Shown: positions 40,617 to 51,877, counted from the stretch's first letter. The stretch: DNA of 64,000 nt from an uncultured Verrucomicrobiae bacterium (GCA_963813025.1 CAWEXO010000014.1:128001-192000), one strand, 5' to 3'. The notes: generated by a model from the letters alone, not told the origin. Program-made: numbers and translations.

Positions 40617-40629
40617 CCTGTCTGACAAG
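40617..40629. promoter_or_regulatory. Candidate GntR/FadR-type operator
   Basis: Palindrome TGTC-T-GACA about 100 bp upstream of the sugar ABC operon, next to a TAGACA -35-like hexamer at 40603. Confidence 0.4.
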
Positions 40630-40728
40630 CTCCCTCAGGCAATTCACTGACGCTAAAAACGAGTTTCGTTGCGCCGTAAGCACAACGCTCACCAGCGTCA
40701 AATGTTAAACAGAATTATGCATCCCCCC

Positions 40729-41694
40729 ATGAAAAGCATTATCAGAGGTCTCTTCTGTGTCGTCCCCACCGCGCTCATCCTTTGTTTTCAGCTGACCGCC
40801 TCGGCAAAGGACATCGTGTACTTAACTCCCGGCCTGGATCTGCCGTTCTGGCGATACCTGTCAGAAGGCATTGATAGCGTCGCTAAAAAAGAAGGTTACG
40901 GGTATCAAGCATTCGACAGTCACAACGATGCGCAAACACAGCTCAAGAACGCGCAAGACGCAATTGCCCGCGGAGTTGCCGGGATTCTGATCTCGCCGAC
41001 AGATAGTTCGACCTGTCCAAGCGTCTTGGCGCTCGCCCAGAAGGCGAACATACCGGTGGTAATCGCGGATATCGGCACTAACGAGGGCGAATATGTCTCT
41101 TTCATCATCTCCGATAATCGGGAAGGAGCATACGGAACCGGCAAAGCGCTGGTAGCAGCCATGAAGGAAAAACGCATGGCGGACGGTACCGTTGGCCTAG
41201 TGACTATTTCTCTGACGAGGAACAACGGTAAGCAGCGAACTGCGGGCTTCCGCGCGGCATTAGCAGAGGGAGGAATTAAAGAATGTGCGCTCGAGCAGAT
41301 GCAGAATTATTCGGCGAGCGAAACCTTCAAATACGTCCAGGACATGCTGACGGCTAATCCAAATATGAAAGGCATATTTATCGAAACCGATCAGCCGACG
41401 ATGGGAGCCCTGCGTGCGATCAAGGCGGCGCGACGAGAAGGGTCCATCCTAGTGGCCGGTTTCGACGGAATTCCCGAGTTTGTTGACCTTTTGAAGCAAG
41501 GTCAAATCGTTGCCTCTGGCATGCAGCAGCCCTACCTGATGGGAGTTCGTTCGGGCGAAGCTCTCTTCAAACATCTTAAGGGAGAGTCTGTAGAAAAGCA
41601 GATCCTTGTTCCGATCGTGATTGTGACCAGCAAAAACATCGATCAGATGCTTCCGACCATTAAGGAAACGGTGTTTGCGAATGAAATGAAGTAG
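40729..41694 (+). CDS. Sugar ABC substrate-binding protein (RbsB-like)
   Basis: Signal peptide; PFWRYL, PVVIADIG, SDNREG, AGFDG, MQQPYLMG. Confidence 0.9.
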   Translation: MKSIIRGLFCVVPTALILCFQLTASAKDIVYLTPGLDLPFWRYLSEGIDSVAKKEGYGYQAFDSHNDAQTQLKNAQDAIARGVAGILISPTDSSTCPSVLALAQKANIPVVIADIGTNEGEYVSFIISDNREGAYGTGKALVAAMKEKRMADGTVGLVTISLTRNNGKQRTAGFRAALAEGGIKECALEQMQNYSASETFKYVQDMLTANPNMKGIFIETDQPTMGALRAIKAARREGSILVAGFDGIPEFVDLLKQGQIVASGMQQPYLMGVRSGEALFKHLKGESVEKQILVPIVIVTSKNIDQMLPTIKETVFANEMK

Positions 41695-41835
41695 GGCTGG
41701 GCAGGATCTCCCCTGCGGTTGGTCCCCCAATCGCTTTCGGCGGCTTTCCCACCGGATACGCTGGGTATGACCCGGGCGCCTAGCCCTGGCCAACGGTTTC
41801 GGGTTGGCAAGATGAGGTTGTGACGAACGCCAGCT

Positions 41836-43767
41836 ATGAAGGTTAAAGATTCCGAAACTGTGGTTCAATCTCAGGCCGGCTCCGAGCCGATGCTGATTGC
41901 TGCCGGAATCGAGAAATCGTTCGATCGTACCCGCGCATTGGCGCAAGCAGACCTGGACATCTACTCTGGCGAGGTGATGGGCTTGTTGGGAGCGAATGGC
42001 GCCGGTAAGTCAACCTTGTCCAAAGTCATTTCCGGCCATCTCACCCGAGATGCTGGTGCGATGATGTGGCAGGGCCGGCCACTGAACCTCCGGAGTGCGC
42101 GCGAGGCCATTCAACATGGAATCACGATGGTCATGCAGGAGACCTCGCTCGCGCCAGATCTCTCCGTCCTGGAGAATATTTTTCTCGCGGAGCTTGGCCG
42201 ACCGGGATTTCTTTCGTACCGCCGATTGAAGCGGCGCGCCGAAGAAATTCTCGTCCGACTCGGCCAAAGAGAAACGCTACCCTTGGATCGAGCGGTCCGT
42301 TTCCTCTCCGCTGCGCAGCGCCAGCTGGTCGAGATCGCAAAGGCGCTGGCACTGAATTCCGCGTTGATCATTTTCGACGAGCCAACGGCCTCGTTGAGTC
42401 CGCCTGAGGTGGAGCGTTTATTTCAAGTCATGACCACGCTGAAACGCTCTGGTCATACGCTGGTATTCGTCTCCCATCGACTCGAGGAGGTATTTGCCAT
42501 TACTGATCGGGTAACCGTGATGCGAGAAGGGCGCACGGTGGCAAAGTCGCTGGCGACAGCTTCTTTGGGGCAGGCAGAATTGATTCGTCTGATGGCCGGG
42601 CAAGAGATGACACAGATATTGTCCACCCGCTCGGACCGGTCTTTTGGTCGGTCTTCCGGCTCCTCCTCGGTCTTGGAAGTAAGGAATCTCAGCTCGATGC
42701 CCGCCGTCCGCGATGTCTCTTTTAAAGTGCACAGAGGAGAAATTCTCGGCTTGGGAGGGCTTGTCGGGGCAGGGCGCTCGGAGACGGTGGAGGCTATATT
42801 TGGCCTTCGTCCGCGACAGCGCGGAGAACTCTCCCTTGATGGAAAGCCATATGCACCAAGACACGCCGCAGATGCGATTCGTGCCGGCATAGGATTCGTT
42901 GCGGAGGATCGTCGAATTCAGGGAATTATCCCGGATTTTTCGGTTCGCGAGAACCTGCTCTTGGGACACTTGGCTGCTTCGCGCAGGTTTGGCCTCGGCT
43001 ATTCTCAACGAAAGCAGAAGATAAATGAGCTAATCCAAAACCTAGGCCTTCCGGCGCAAAGGCTTGACACTAACCTGCTCAATTTTTCGGGAGGAATGCA
43101 GCAGAAAATCATCATCGCGCGTTGGCTTTTGCTTGAGCCTTCTCTCCTCCTTCTTGATGAACCAACCAAAGGGGTAGACATCGGAACTCGCACATCGATT
43201 TATGCGATGCTGCGGCACGTGGCGGACACCGGAGTAGGTGTGGTGGTTATTTCCTCCGATTTCGAAGAGCTTTTGAATGTTTGCGAGCGGATCGTGGTGA
43301 TGAGCGATGGCGTCTCGATCGCCGACGTCCCAAGTGCGATGTTAAATGAAGAGAAGCTCACTCTTTTTGCCGCCCCGCGTACCTCGATGGAACAAAATAG
43401 TGCGTTCCTGCGAGACATCGCACGCGATTTGAACGGCGCAGCATTTTGGACCTTGATCGAGCAAGAGCGATTATTTTGTTTGTACGCGGTCGTGACAAAT
43501 AATCAAGCCGACCCAGGTTTCCGCGCTGCGGATACACCGATAGTCAGCGACACGCGCATCCCAACGGCGCTCAGTACCAAATCACAAGAGTTCGTGGTCG
43601 AAGCGGACAATCAACTCGCCACACTTTTGCTTTCGGTCCGCAGCAGTCGGGGACACGATATGGGCTGGATTGGAGTGACGCTTGGCGGTCGGTCTCCTCC
43701 GCCCCCCGCGCGGCAAGTCCTCGAACGGATCGAGAGTTTCGTAGAGCAGATAATCAAACCCCAGTGA
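41836..43767 (+). CDS. Sugar ABC ATPase (two ABC domains) with an extra C-terminal domain
   Basis: GANGAGKST, FDEPT, GLVGAGRSE, FSGGMQQK, LDEPTKGVDIG; about 125 additional residues after the second domain. Confidence 0.9.
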   Translation: MKVKDSETVVQSQAGSEPMLIAAGIEKSFDRTRALAQADLDIYSGEVMGLLGANGAGKSTLSKVISGHLTRDAGAMMWQGRPLNLRSAREAIQHGITMVMQETSLAPDLSVLENIFLAELGRPGFLSYRRLKRRAEEILVRLGQRETLPLDRAVRFLSAAQRQLVEIAKALALNSALIIFDEPTASLSPPEVERLFQVMTTLKRSGHTLVFVSHRLEEVFAITDRVTVMREGRTVAKSLATASLGQAELIRLMAGQEMTQILSTRSDRSFGRSSGSSSVLEVRNLSSMPAVRDVSFKVHRGEILGLGGLVGAGRSETVEAIFGLRPRQRGELSLDGKPYAPRHAADAIRAGIGFVAEDRRIQGIIPDFSVRENLLLGHLAASRRFGLGYSQRKQKINELIQNLGLPAQRLDTNLLNFSGGMQQKIIIARWLLLEPSLLLLDEPTKGVDIGTRTSIYAMLRHVADTGVGVVVISSDFEELLNVCERIVVMSDGVSIADVPSAMLNEEKLTLFAAPRTSMEQNSAFLRDIARDLNGAAFWTLIEQERLFCLYAVVTNNQADPGFRAADTPIVSDTRIPTALSTKSQEFVVEADNQLATLLLSVRSSRGHDMGWIGVTLGGRSPPPPARQVLERIESFVEQIIKPQ

Positions 43768-43777
43768 AAATCGACGG

Positions 43778-44746
43778 ATGAACTCTGCCACCGGTGAACG
43801 TTCCCTGGTAAGTGACCTTGTTGGGCGACTCGAAATCCGAATGCTCGGCCTGGTCCTGATCCTGGGCATCGCGCTTTCCATTCTCTCACCTCATTTTTTA
43901 ACATCCAACAATCTCCTGAATGTCCTCGATCAGTCGGTTGTGGTAGGAATCGTTGCGATCGGGATGACGTTTGTGATTCTGATCGGTGGTATTGACCTCT
44001 CGGTCGGCTCGGTAGCCGGGTTGACCGGAGTTTTACTTGGACGAGGACTCGAGCATTTCCCGATCCCGGTCGCTATCGTTCTGGCGGTAATCGCCGGCAT
44101 GTTAGTCGGCTCTTTTTCGGGTGTTCTGATTGCTCGATTCGGTCTTCCCGCTTTCGTCGTTACGCTCGGTGTCATGGCAATCGGACGGAGCCTCGCTTAT
44201 ATCCTTTCGGGAGCGTCGGCGATTGCTGATTTACCGGAAACTTTCGGCAATGTCGTTTATACCACTATCCTTGGCGTGCCTGCTAATGTTCTCACCTTGC
44301 TCGTGCTGTATGCATTGGCTTGGGCTTACCTGAACTTCACTAAAGGCGGCCGAACGGTCTACGCGATCGGCTCTAATCGAGAAGCGGCGCGAACTGCGGG
44401 TCTCAATGTATTGGCTTTTAGCATCCTTCCATACGTGATCTCAGGCGGACTCTCAGCAATTGCGATCACATTTGCATCAGCGCAGGTCATGTCGATCGAC
44501 CCAGTCGCCGGAACGGGGCTCGAACTGGATGCGATCGCAGCAGTAGTGATTGGTGGAGCAAGCTTGTACGGGGGGCGGGGTTCAATCATGGGAACATTAA
44601 TCGGCGTCCTCATTATGGTCATGATCCGGAACGGTCTGAATCTCCTGAACGTATCGCCGTTCTGGCAAGGGTCGGCGATCGGCGCCGTCATCATCACCGC
44701 GGTTTTGATTGAACGTCTCCTTTCCTCCCGAGCTTTTTCTCATTGA
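43778..44746 (+). CDS. Sugar ABC permease (RbsC-like)
   Basis: GGIDLSVGS, YAIGSNREAA, ELDAIAAVVIGGASL. Confidence 0.92.
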   Translation: MNSATGERSLVSDLVGRLEIRMLGLVLILGIALSILSPHFLTSNNLLNVLDQSVVVGIVAIGMTFVILIGGIDLSVGSVAGLTGVLLGRGLEHFPIPVAIVLAVIAGMLVGSFSGVLIARFGLPAFVVTLGVMAIGRSLAYILSGASAIADLPETFGNVVYTTILGVPANVLTLLVLYALAWAYLNFTKGGRTVYAIGSNREAARTAGLNVLAFSILPYVISGGLSAIAITFASAQVMSIDPVAGTGLELDAIAAVVIGGASLYGGRGSIMGTLIGVLIMVMIRNGLNLLNVSPFWQGSAIGAVIITAVLIERLLSSRAFSH

Positions 44747-44764
44747 ACCTCCGCAGGATGCCCT

Positions 44765-46720
44765 ATGCCCAATACTATTTCGGATTTGATTCGGCTGTAC
44801 GGAACGGATGAATCGGTTGAGCCGCCGCGAATTCTCCAGGCTGGTCCGTTAAGAGCAGAACTCGAAGCGGGTAATCTTCGCTATATTCGTTACCACGGCC
44901 GTGAAATGATCAGGGCTATTTCATTCGTCGTACGCGACGAAAACTGGGGTACTTACGCGCTGGAAATCACACATCTGAATTTCCAGGAAGAGCCTGACCT
45001 GTTTCGCGTCTCATACGACGCGACCGTCAGCGGGAAGGACAAGGAATTTCGGTACTCGGCGGCGATCGTGGGCAAGTCCGATGGTTCGCTGATTTTCTCC
45101 GCTCAGGGTGTCGCGATTTCGGACTTTCTCACCAATCGTACGGGATTTGTAGTCCTTCATCCCATCGAGGGCGTCGCCGGCGCAACCTGCACGGTGGAAC
45201 ACACCAATGGGACGATTGAAGAAACGTGCTTTCCGTTCTTAATCGACCCCGTTCAGCCGATGACTGCACTGCGTGCGATCACGCACGAATTTTTACCTGG
45301 CTTAAAGGTGACGTGCCGAATGGAAGGGGACACTTTCGAGATGGAGGACCAGCGCAATTGGACGGACGCTTCGTACAAGACATATGTTCGGCCCTTGGCT
45401 TTGCCGTGGCCTTACCTGATTGCGAAGGGCGAAAGGATCGGCCAAACAGTTAGTTTGATAGTCTCAGGGTCGGTGGGTCAGATCGAATCGGTCGACGATG
45501 GTCTCTCAATAGCAGTTGGCGGGCGGGTTGCCGCCAGCTCCATGCCGCCGCTTGGGTTGGGCCTTCGTCCTGACCAATTGGACGCAGCCGAGCAATGCAT
45601 CGGTGTACTGAGACAGGCCGCACCATCTCAACTGGTATGTTATTACGATCCGCGCTTCGGCCATGGCCGAGCCGATTTGCAGCGAATGGCAGCTTTAGGC
45701 AAAGCAATCGGGGCCGAACTGTGGCTAGAGTTTGTCATCCCCGGTGCAGACAATTTTGAACAAGAGATCCAGGGAGTCGGTCGCACGGCAAATGAACTGG
45801 GCAATCCTTTTGCCGCTGTTATGGTCTCGCCGGCTCCGGATCTCAAGTGTACCTTGCCCGGGAGTCCCTGGCCTCCTTGTCCACCGCTTGACGCTTGTTA
45901 CCGGGCGGCTCGTAAAGCGTTCCCGGGTGTGCGAATCGGTGGAGGCATGTTCAGCTTTTTCACCGAGCTGAACCGAAAACGGCCGCCCCTCGACCTGCTC
46001 GATTTCGTGACTTTTACAACCGTCGCAATCTTTCATGCAGGCGACGATCGCTCGGCGATGGAGGGTTTGGAATCCCTTCCCTATCTGGCAAGAAGCGTAC
46101 GGGCTCTTATTGACGGAAAACCTTACCACGTCGGTCCGAGCGCCATCGGATTACGAATGAATCCATACGGAGAAGCCCCGATGGCAAATCCCCGCAATAT
46201 ACGTCAGGCAATGAACGGAATGGATCCGCGGCAGCGCGGGCTATTTGCGGCGGCCTGGTTGGTTGGATTTGTTGCACGTTTTGCGCAAGGCGGTGCATCC
46301 TCCATTACACTGGGCGAAGCTGTTGGGGAGCTGGGGATCGCCTATGCGAAAGCGGATTACCCTCAGCCATGGTTCGACGAGAACGGAGGAATATATCCCA
46401 TCTGCCATACCGTGAAAGGCCTTGCCGCGTTGCGCGGCAGGCCGCTTATCAATTTGGACATTTCCAAGCCTCGCGAAATTCAGGCGATTGGGGCCGAACG
46501 CGACAGCGGTCTTGAGATTTGGGTTGCCAACCTGACGGACCAAACGAAGAACGTTGAAATAGCGCCTACATCGGCCGGCGTTCTATCACTTTTGTCCGCA
46601 GCGGAGTTTGAGCGAGCGACCCAAGATTTTTCAATGATGGATTCGCTGGAGCGCGGATTCACCGATAAAGCGCTCAACTTACCACCCTACGCCGTCGCTC
46701 GATTTCGGGGCCGCTACTGA
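44765..46720 (+). CDS. D-apionate lactonase (ApnL)-like protein
   Basis: VRDENWGT, NRTGFVVLHP and FEMEDQRNWTDASYKTY, recognised from memory of the ApnL family; not verified by search. Confidence 0.65.
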   Translation: MPNTISDLIRLYGTDESVEPPRILQAGPLRAELEAGNLRYIRYHGREMIRAISFVVRDENWGTYALEITHLNFQEEPDLFRVSYDATVSGKDKEFRYSAAIVGKSDGSLIFSAQGVAISDFLTNRTGFVVLHPIEGVAGATCTVEHTNGTIEETCFPFLIDPVQPMTALRAITHEFLPGLKVTCRMEGDTFEMEDQRNWTDASYKTYVRPLALPWPYLIAKGERIGQTVSLIVSGSVGQIESVDDGLSIAVGGRVAASSMPPLGLGLRPDQLDAAEQCIGVLRQAAPSQLVCYYDPRFGHGRADLQRMAALGKAIGAELWLEFVIPGADNFEQEIQGVGRTANELGNPFAAVMVSPAPDLKCTLPGSPWPPCPPLDACYRAARKAFPGVRIGGGMFSFFTELNRKRPPLDLLDFVTFTTVAIFHAGDDRSAMEGLESLPYLARSVRALIDGKPYHVGPSAIGLRMNPYGEAPMANPRNIRQAMNGMDPRQRGLFAAAWLVGFVARFAQGGASSITLGEAVGELGIAYAKADYPQPWFDENGGIYPICHTVKGLAALRGRPLINLDISKPREIQAIGAERDSGLEIWVANLTDQTKNVEIAPTSAGVLSLLSAAEFERATQDFSMMDSLERGFTDKALNLPPYAVARFRGRY

Positions 46721-46755
46721 CCGCCATGCGTAGCGGCAACCACCACGAACATCCG

Positions 46756-46875
46756 ATGAACAAGATCGTCATTACTGGCGAAGGCGGTTTCCTGGGCCAG
46801 CGTCTCGCGCGCGAGTGGTTAAGGCGTACTCGCGCAGGATCAGTCAGCGGCAAAGAGTCCCCCATGCGAGAATGA
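46756..46875 (+). pseudogene. N-terminal remnant of an NAD-dependent epimerase/dehydrogenase
   Basis: MNKIVITGEGGFLGQRLAR (Rossmann start), then a stop after 39 aa. Confidence 0.55.
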
Positions 46876-46945
46876 TTGCATCGCTCGAAGTGAATGACGC
46901 TATTCGCGAACGAGCCGCGACTAGTACCCAAGAAGGATTCCGCAA

Positions 46946-47962
46946 ATGGTTTCAATAGTAGTTCACCAGCCCAGGGCTCTGGAGGTGCGATCGGCTGACG
47001 TCCCTGAGCCAAAGGCAGATGAAGTTGTGGTCAAGGTTCGTCGTGCCGGAATTTGTGGATCAGACATTCACATTCTGCACGGCTCCAACCCCTTCGCAGT
47101 ATATCCTCGGGTAATCGGGCACGAGTTCGCAGGCGAGGTTTTCTCGCTGGGCGCCGAGGTGACCGGTCTCCGGAAGGGTTACCATGTGGTAGTTGACCCG
47201 GTTATTTCCTGCGGGCATTGCTATCCATGCCGGATCGGCCGCCCCAATGTCTGCGCAAAGCTCGAGGTAATGGGTGTTCATCGCGACGGCGGTTTCCGCG
47301 ATTATGTGGCTGTCCCGGCCAGCGCAGTCATCATAGTTCCGGCCGACATGCCGTTCGGCCTTGCGGCGCTGGCCGAGCCTTTCTCAATCGCGGCCAATGT
47401 GCTGTCCCGCACCAGTTGCGGGTCCGATGACACGATTTTGATCTATGGAGCCGGAACCGTTGGGGTCACGGTTCTACAGGTCGCCAAGCTTCACGGAGCC
47501 CGCTGCATCGTTGCCGACATCGACGAAGCGCGTCTTGAACGAGCCAAATCTTTTGGCGCCGATGCTGTTATCGACTCGCAATGGCAGTCCGTTCCCGATG
47601 CCGTGAAAGGTGAAACAGACGGCCTCGGCCCAACGTTGGTCATTGATGGGGCAGGCGTCCCGGCCCTGTTGGACGAGGCGTGTCGCCTGGCGAGCCCGGC
47701 GGGCCGGATCGGTATTCTTGGCTTTTCGCCCGCGCCGTCTGCTCTCAGTCAGCAAGAGGTTGTTCGCAAGGAACTGACTATCATAGGGTCGCGCCTCAAC
47801 CGCCGTCTCCTTCCGCAGGCGGTGAGTTGGCTTGCAGATGGACGTCTGAAACCAGAAAGCATGATCACTCAGGTCTTCGCCGCCGCCGATGCGCGACAGG
47901 CTTTCGATCTGATCGAGCAAGACCCGCAGCGCACCCTCAAGGTCCAGCTCGACTTTTCCTGA
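46946..47962 (+). CDS. Zn-dependent dehydrogenase, RspB/L-gulonate 5-dehydrogenase-like
   Basis: GICGSD, YPRVIGHE, CGHCYPC...C, GVHRDGGF, ELTIIGSRLN. Confidence 0.8.
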   Translation: MVSIVVHQPRALEVRSADVPEPKADEVVVKVRRAGICGSDIHILHGSNPFAVYPRVIGHEFAGEVFSLGAEVTGLRKGYHVVVDPVISCGHCYPCRIGRPNVCAKLEVMGVHRDGGFRDYVAVPASAVIIVPADMPFGLAALAEPFSIAANVLSRTSCGSDDTILIYGAGTVGVTVLQVAKLHGARCIVADIDEARLERAKSFGADAVIDSQWQSVPDAVKGETDGLGPTLVIDGAGVPALLDEACRLASPAGRIGILGFSPAPSALSQQEVVRKELTIIGSRLNRRLLPQAVSWLADGRLKPESMITQVFAAADARQAFDLIEQDPQRTLKVQLDFS

Positions 47963-49464
47963 TGACCTTCTTGAAGACTAACGCCCCTCGGCTCTCTCTT
48001 GCCACCCTTGGTTTGGCCCGGATCGGAATGGCCAACTTTTTCTATGACCGCGGGCAACTCAGACCTCGTATGATCCATCTTGGACTCGGCGCCTTTTTTC
48101 GGGCGCATGGGGCCTTGTTTACCGAGGACCTGCTGTCAGAGCAGGGCGGCAACTGGGGCATTGTCGGCGCCAGCCTGAAACGGCCCGATCAGCGCAATCG
48201 CCTCGCGTCGCAGGACTATTTGTATACGACGGTGGAAAACGGCCCGAACGGCCCAAAGGCCCGCATTGTCGGCTGCCTTCTGAATGTCCTCGTTGGACCG
48301 GAAAACCCGGCCGCGCTACTCGACCGGCTTTCTGACCCCGAGACAGCCATCGTGACTCTGACCATCACCGAGAAAGGCTACTGCCACGATCCGGTCTCGG
48401 GTCGCCTTGACACCGACCATCCTGAAATCCGCCACGACCTCAAGCATCCGGACGCATTGCAATCGGCGGTAGGGCTGATCACGGCGGCGTTGGGTCGACG
48501 GAACGCGGCCGGGCTGCCGCCCTTCACTGTTGTGACCTGCGATAATCTTCCGCGGAATGGCGCACTTTTGGCGGGGCTAGTCCATGATTTCGCGTCGCTC
48601 CGCGATGACAAACTGGCGACCTGGATTGAACGCTCTGTTCCGTTTCCGAGCAGCATGGTGGACCGGATCGTGCCTGCTGAAACCACCGGCGATCTGAGGC
48701 TGATCGAGCAGTTGACCGGTCTTCATGATGCGGCGCCGGTCATGCATGAGCCATTCCGACAATGGGTCCTGGAGGATCGATTTGTTGACGGCGTTCGGCC
48801 GGCTTGGGAGCGCTCGGGCGTGCAGTTCGTGTCGGATGTCGCTCCGTTCGAACACGTGAAATTAAGGATGCTGAACGGCTCGCATTCGGCGCTGGCCTAT
48901 CTGGGTTACCTCGCGGGCCACGAAACCATCTTTGACGCCGTTTCAGACGATCTGTTCGCCCGGTTCGTAAAACGGTTCTGGCGCGACGATTTAATCCCGG
49001 TCCTGCCAACGCCGCCGGGATTGGATCTTGACCAGTATGCGGAGCAACTCTTCGAACGCTACAGCAATCAGGCTATCCGGCACCGCCTCTTCCAGATTGC
49101 GATGGACGGATCCCAGAAGCTGCCGCCGCGGCTCCTTTCCACCATCCGCGACAATCTCAAGCAGAAGCGCCGTTTCACATTCCTCGCGCTCGCGGTGGCC
49201 GGATGGATGCGCTATGTGGCCGGCACAGACGAGGCGGGACGAGCGATCGATGTCCGTGATCCCCTGGCGGTTCTTCTTCGCCAGCGGATCGATTCCGCCG
49301 GCTCGGATCCCGCGGCCCAAGTGCGAGCGCTTGCAAGCGTTGACACGGTGTTCGGCAAAGATCTGCCGGGCAGCGCAGTCTTCATGGACGCGCTTACGGA
49401 GGCTTACACGGCGTTACTGCGCGGAGGTGTCCGCAAGGCTATCGCCGATTCGGTGGCGTTATAA
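47962..49464 (+). CDS. Mannitol dehydrogenase family, fructuronate reductase (UxuB-like)
   Basis: HLGLGAFFRAH, TITEKGY, CDNL, SMVDRIVP, KLRMLNGSH, QIAMDGSQKLP. Confidence 0.88.
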   Translation: MTFLKTNAPRLSLATLGLARIGMANFFYDRGQLRPRMIHLGLGAFFRAHGALFTEDLLSEQGGNWGIVGASLKRPDQRNRLASQDYLYTTVENGPNGPKARIVGCLLNVLVGPENPAALLDRLSDPETAIVTLTITEKGYCHDPVSGRLDTDHPEIRHDLKHPDALQSAVGLITAALGRRNAAGLPPFTVVTCDNLPRNGALLAGLVHDFASLRDDKLATWIERSVPFPSSMVDRIVPAETTGDLRLIEQLTGLHDAAPVMHEPFRQWVLEDRFVDGVRPAWERSGVQFVSDVAPFEHVKLRMLNGSHSALAYLGYLAGHETIFDAVSDDLFARFVKRFWRDDLIPVLPTPPGLDLDQYAEQLFERYSNQAIRHRLFQIAMDGSQKLPPRLLSTIRDNLKQKRRFTFLALAVAGWMRYVAGTDEAGRAIDVRDPLAVLLRQRIDSAGSDPAAQVRALASVDTVFGKDLPGSAVFMDALTEAYTALLRGGVRKAIADSVAL

Positions 49465-49551
49465 GGAAGGTCCGATGGATCCGCAGGAGTCGCGGCGAGT
49501 GGCCGAACAAATCAGAACCCCCAGGACGCGTTCGGCGATCGCCCGCAGTGC

Positions 49552-50799
49552 TTAGTGTGTGCGAAGATCGGGCGTCGTACAGTTCTCTGGGTCGGCGAAA
49601 TTTGTGTTCGGTACCAGCGGGTACCAGTCGGGTCGACCTGGGTCGCGATCGTAAGGGTAGCCGCCAAGCGAGCGATACAAGTCGGCATAGGCTTGTAACT
49701 TCTCGCTATCCAGAGTAACGCCGAGCCCAGGGCCATCCGGCACCGCGATTCGACCGTTCTTGTAGCGCATCTTGCCCCCCGCGATGATGTCGTCGGTAAG
49801 GTGATGGTAATGCGCGTCGGCGGTGAAAACGAGGTTGGGCAAAACGGCGCCTAGGTGAAGCATGCTGGCGAGCTGAATGCCGAGTTCACCAGAGGAATGC
49901 ACTGCGATACCGAGCCCGAACGTGTCGCAAGTTTGCGCCGCTCGAATGCACGCCCGGATGCCGCCCCAAAAGGTTGTGTCCAGCAGAATCACGTCTACGG
50001 CGGGATCGCGCACATTGGCTGCGAGCTGCTCGAAGTCGATGACAATGGTATTCGTGGCGAGCGGAGTAGAGAGCTTCTCGCGCAGACGACGCATCCCCGC
50101 AAATCCCCAGGTAGGATCCTCGAAATAGTCGTTCCGCAAACCCGATATCGCCCGTCCGAAGCGCAGGGCCTGCTCGACCGAGAGGGCAGCGTTCGGGTCA
50201 TAGCGCAGTGTGTCATCCGGGAAAGCGGCGGCGAGCGCCTTGTAGCATTCGAGTTCATAATCGGGACCGAAAACACCAGCTTTCAGTTTCTGCGCCGTGA
50301 AACCATGCTCCGCCTTCAATGCCGCCGCATGGTCAACCAGTTGATCGACCGTTCGGACTTCGCCCTTGCCAGATTCGGGATTGGCGTAGCGATAAAACAG
50401 ATAGCTCGCGAAACCGACCTCGTCGCGCACCCGACCGCCGAGTAGCTGGTAGACCGGTACGTTCAATTGTTTCCCAATGATGTCCAGGCAGGCGAATTCC
50501 AGTGCCGCATGCAACTGCGTGCGGTTGTTGTAGAGCGAAGCCGTGGGATTGCAGATCGCGTAACGCATCCGGTTGAGATCAAACGGATTGTGGCCGACCA
50601 GGTATGTTTTTAACCCCGCAAAGGCAAGAGCGGCGCTTTCTCCGCCGCCGCCCATCTCGCCCAGTCCGGTGATGCCCTCGTCCGTCTCGACTTCAACTAT
50701 TGTTCGAACGAAACGGCCCCAATGCGCGCCATTGCTGTGCCGCAACGGGGCCTCAAGAGGAACCGTGACAGTCGTAGCCCGGATATCTGTGATCTTCAT
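49552..50799 (-). CDS. Enolase-superfamily acid-sugar dehydratase (glucarate dehydratase-related)
   Basis: KLKAGV, YDPNA, EDP, PLATN, HSSGELG, DAHYHH. Confidence 0.8.
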   Translation of the reverse strand: MKITDIRATTVTVPLEAPLRHSNGAHWGRFVRTIVEVETDEGITGLGEMGGGGESAALAFAGLKTYLVGHNPFDLNRMRYAICNPTASLYNNRTQLHAALEFACLDIIGKQLNVPVYQLLGGRVRDEVGFASYLFYRYANPESGKGEVRTVDQLVDHAAALKAEHGFTAQKLKAGVFGPDYELECYKALAAAFPDDTLRYDPNAALSVEQALRFGRAISGLRNDYFEDPTWGFAGMRRLREKLSTPLATNTIVIDFEQLAANVRDPAVDVILLDTTFWGGIRACIRAAQTCDTFGLGIAVHSSGELGIQLASMLHLGAVLPNLVFTADAHYHHLTDDIIAGGKMRYKNGRIAVPDGPGLGVTLDSEKLQAYADLYRSLGGYPYDRDPGRPDWYPLVPNTNFADPENCTTPDLRTH

Positions 50800-50950
50800 C
50801 GTACCGTTGCTGCCTCGATCGGCCACGAGGATGTTTGGCGAACGTTGCAGATAGACGGTATCGAATAGCTGAATCATAGTGAAAGGGATTTTTGTGGTGA
50901 TCTGTTCCGAGAATAGTTCTGTGCGATGTCGAAAGCCGGCGTTCTGATGA

Positions 50951-51877
50951 ATGACTGAACTGCGTCTCATTTCATTTCTGCCGGCTGCGACCGAAATGGT
51001 TTTCGCCCTCGGTCTCGGCGACCGGCTCATCGGGGTCTCGCATGAGTGCGATTTCCCTGCGGCGGCGAAGACCAAACCCGTTGTTGTCAAACCGGTGCTG
51101 CCATTAGAGAAATTGTCGCTACGCGAAATTGACGTTGCCGTCGCCGAGCGCATCGGCAGCGGACAAGGTCTTTACCAAGTGGACGAGCGGCTGCTCGAAC
51201 AACTCGCGCCCACGCACATCCTCACGCAGGCACTTTGCCAAGTCTGTGCGCCTTCCGGCAACGAGATCACCCGCGCGCTTGAAGCGCTGCCGGTCAAGCC
51301 GGAAATCCTCTGGTTTACGCCCAACAGCATCGGGGAGATTTTCAGCAATGTCCACGAACTCGGCGCAGCCACCGGCCGTTTGGCCCAGGCCGAGGAACTT
51401 AACACCGGCGCCCATGCGCGCTTGCTAAATGTGATTGAACTGACGAAAAAAGCGCACCGCCGTCCCCGCGTTTTTTGCCTTGAGTGGATTGATCCTTATT
51501 ACTGCTGCGGCCATTGGGTGCCGGAAATGGTTGAACTTGCCGGCGGCGAGGACGCGCTGGGACGCAAAGGCGCAGATTCCGTCCGCACTTCGTGGACGGA
51601 CATCGCCGCATTTTCGCCGGAGATTTTAATTGTGTCGCCCTGCGGCTTCGGCGTGGAAGCGGCGGCTGAGCACGCGAAGCAGCTGTTGCGGCAACCTGGT
51701 TGGAACGATTTGCCCGCCGTCCTAAATGACCGCGTTTACGCCGTGAACGCGAACGCTTACTTCGCCCGGCCCGCCCCGCGCGTCGTAGATGGCGTGGAAC
51801 TGCTCGCCCACTTGTTTCATCCGCAATTGTGCGATTGGTGCGGGAGTCGGAACGCTTTCCGCCAGATTCACTCATGA
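50951..51877 (+). CDS. BtuF/cobalamin-binding-like protein (no signal peptide)
   Basis: [39 protein letters not shown]. Confidence 0.8.
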   Translation: MTELRLISFLPAATEMVFALGLGDRLIGVSHECDFPAAAKTKPVVVKPVLPLEKLSLREIDVAVAERIGSGQGLYQVDERLLEQLAPTHILTQALCQVCAPSGNEITRALEALPVKPEILWFTPNSIGEIFSNVHELGAATGRLAQAEELNTGAHARLLNVIELTKKAHRRPRVFCLEWIDPYYCCGHWVPEMVELAGGEDALGRKGADSVRTSWTDIAAFSPEILIVSPCGFGVEAAAEHAKQLLRQPGWNDLPAVLNDRVYAVNANAYFARPAPRVVDGVELLAHLFHPQLCDWCGSRNAFRQIHS

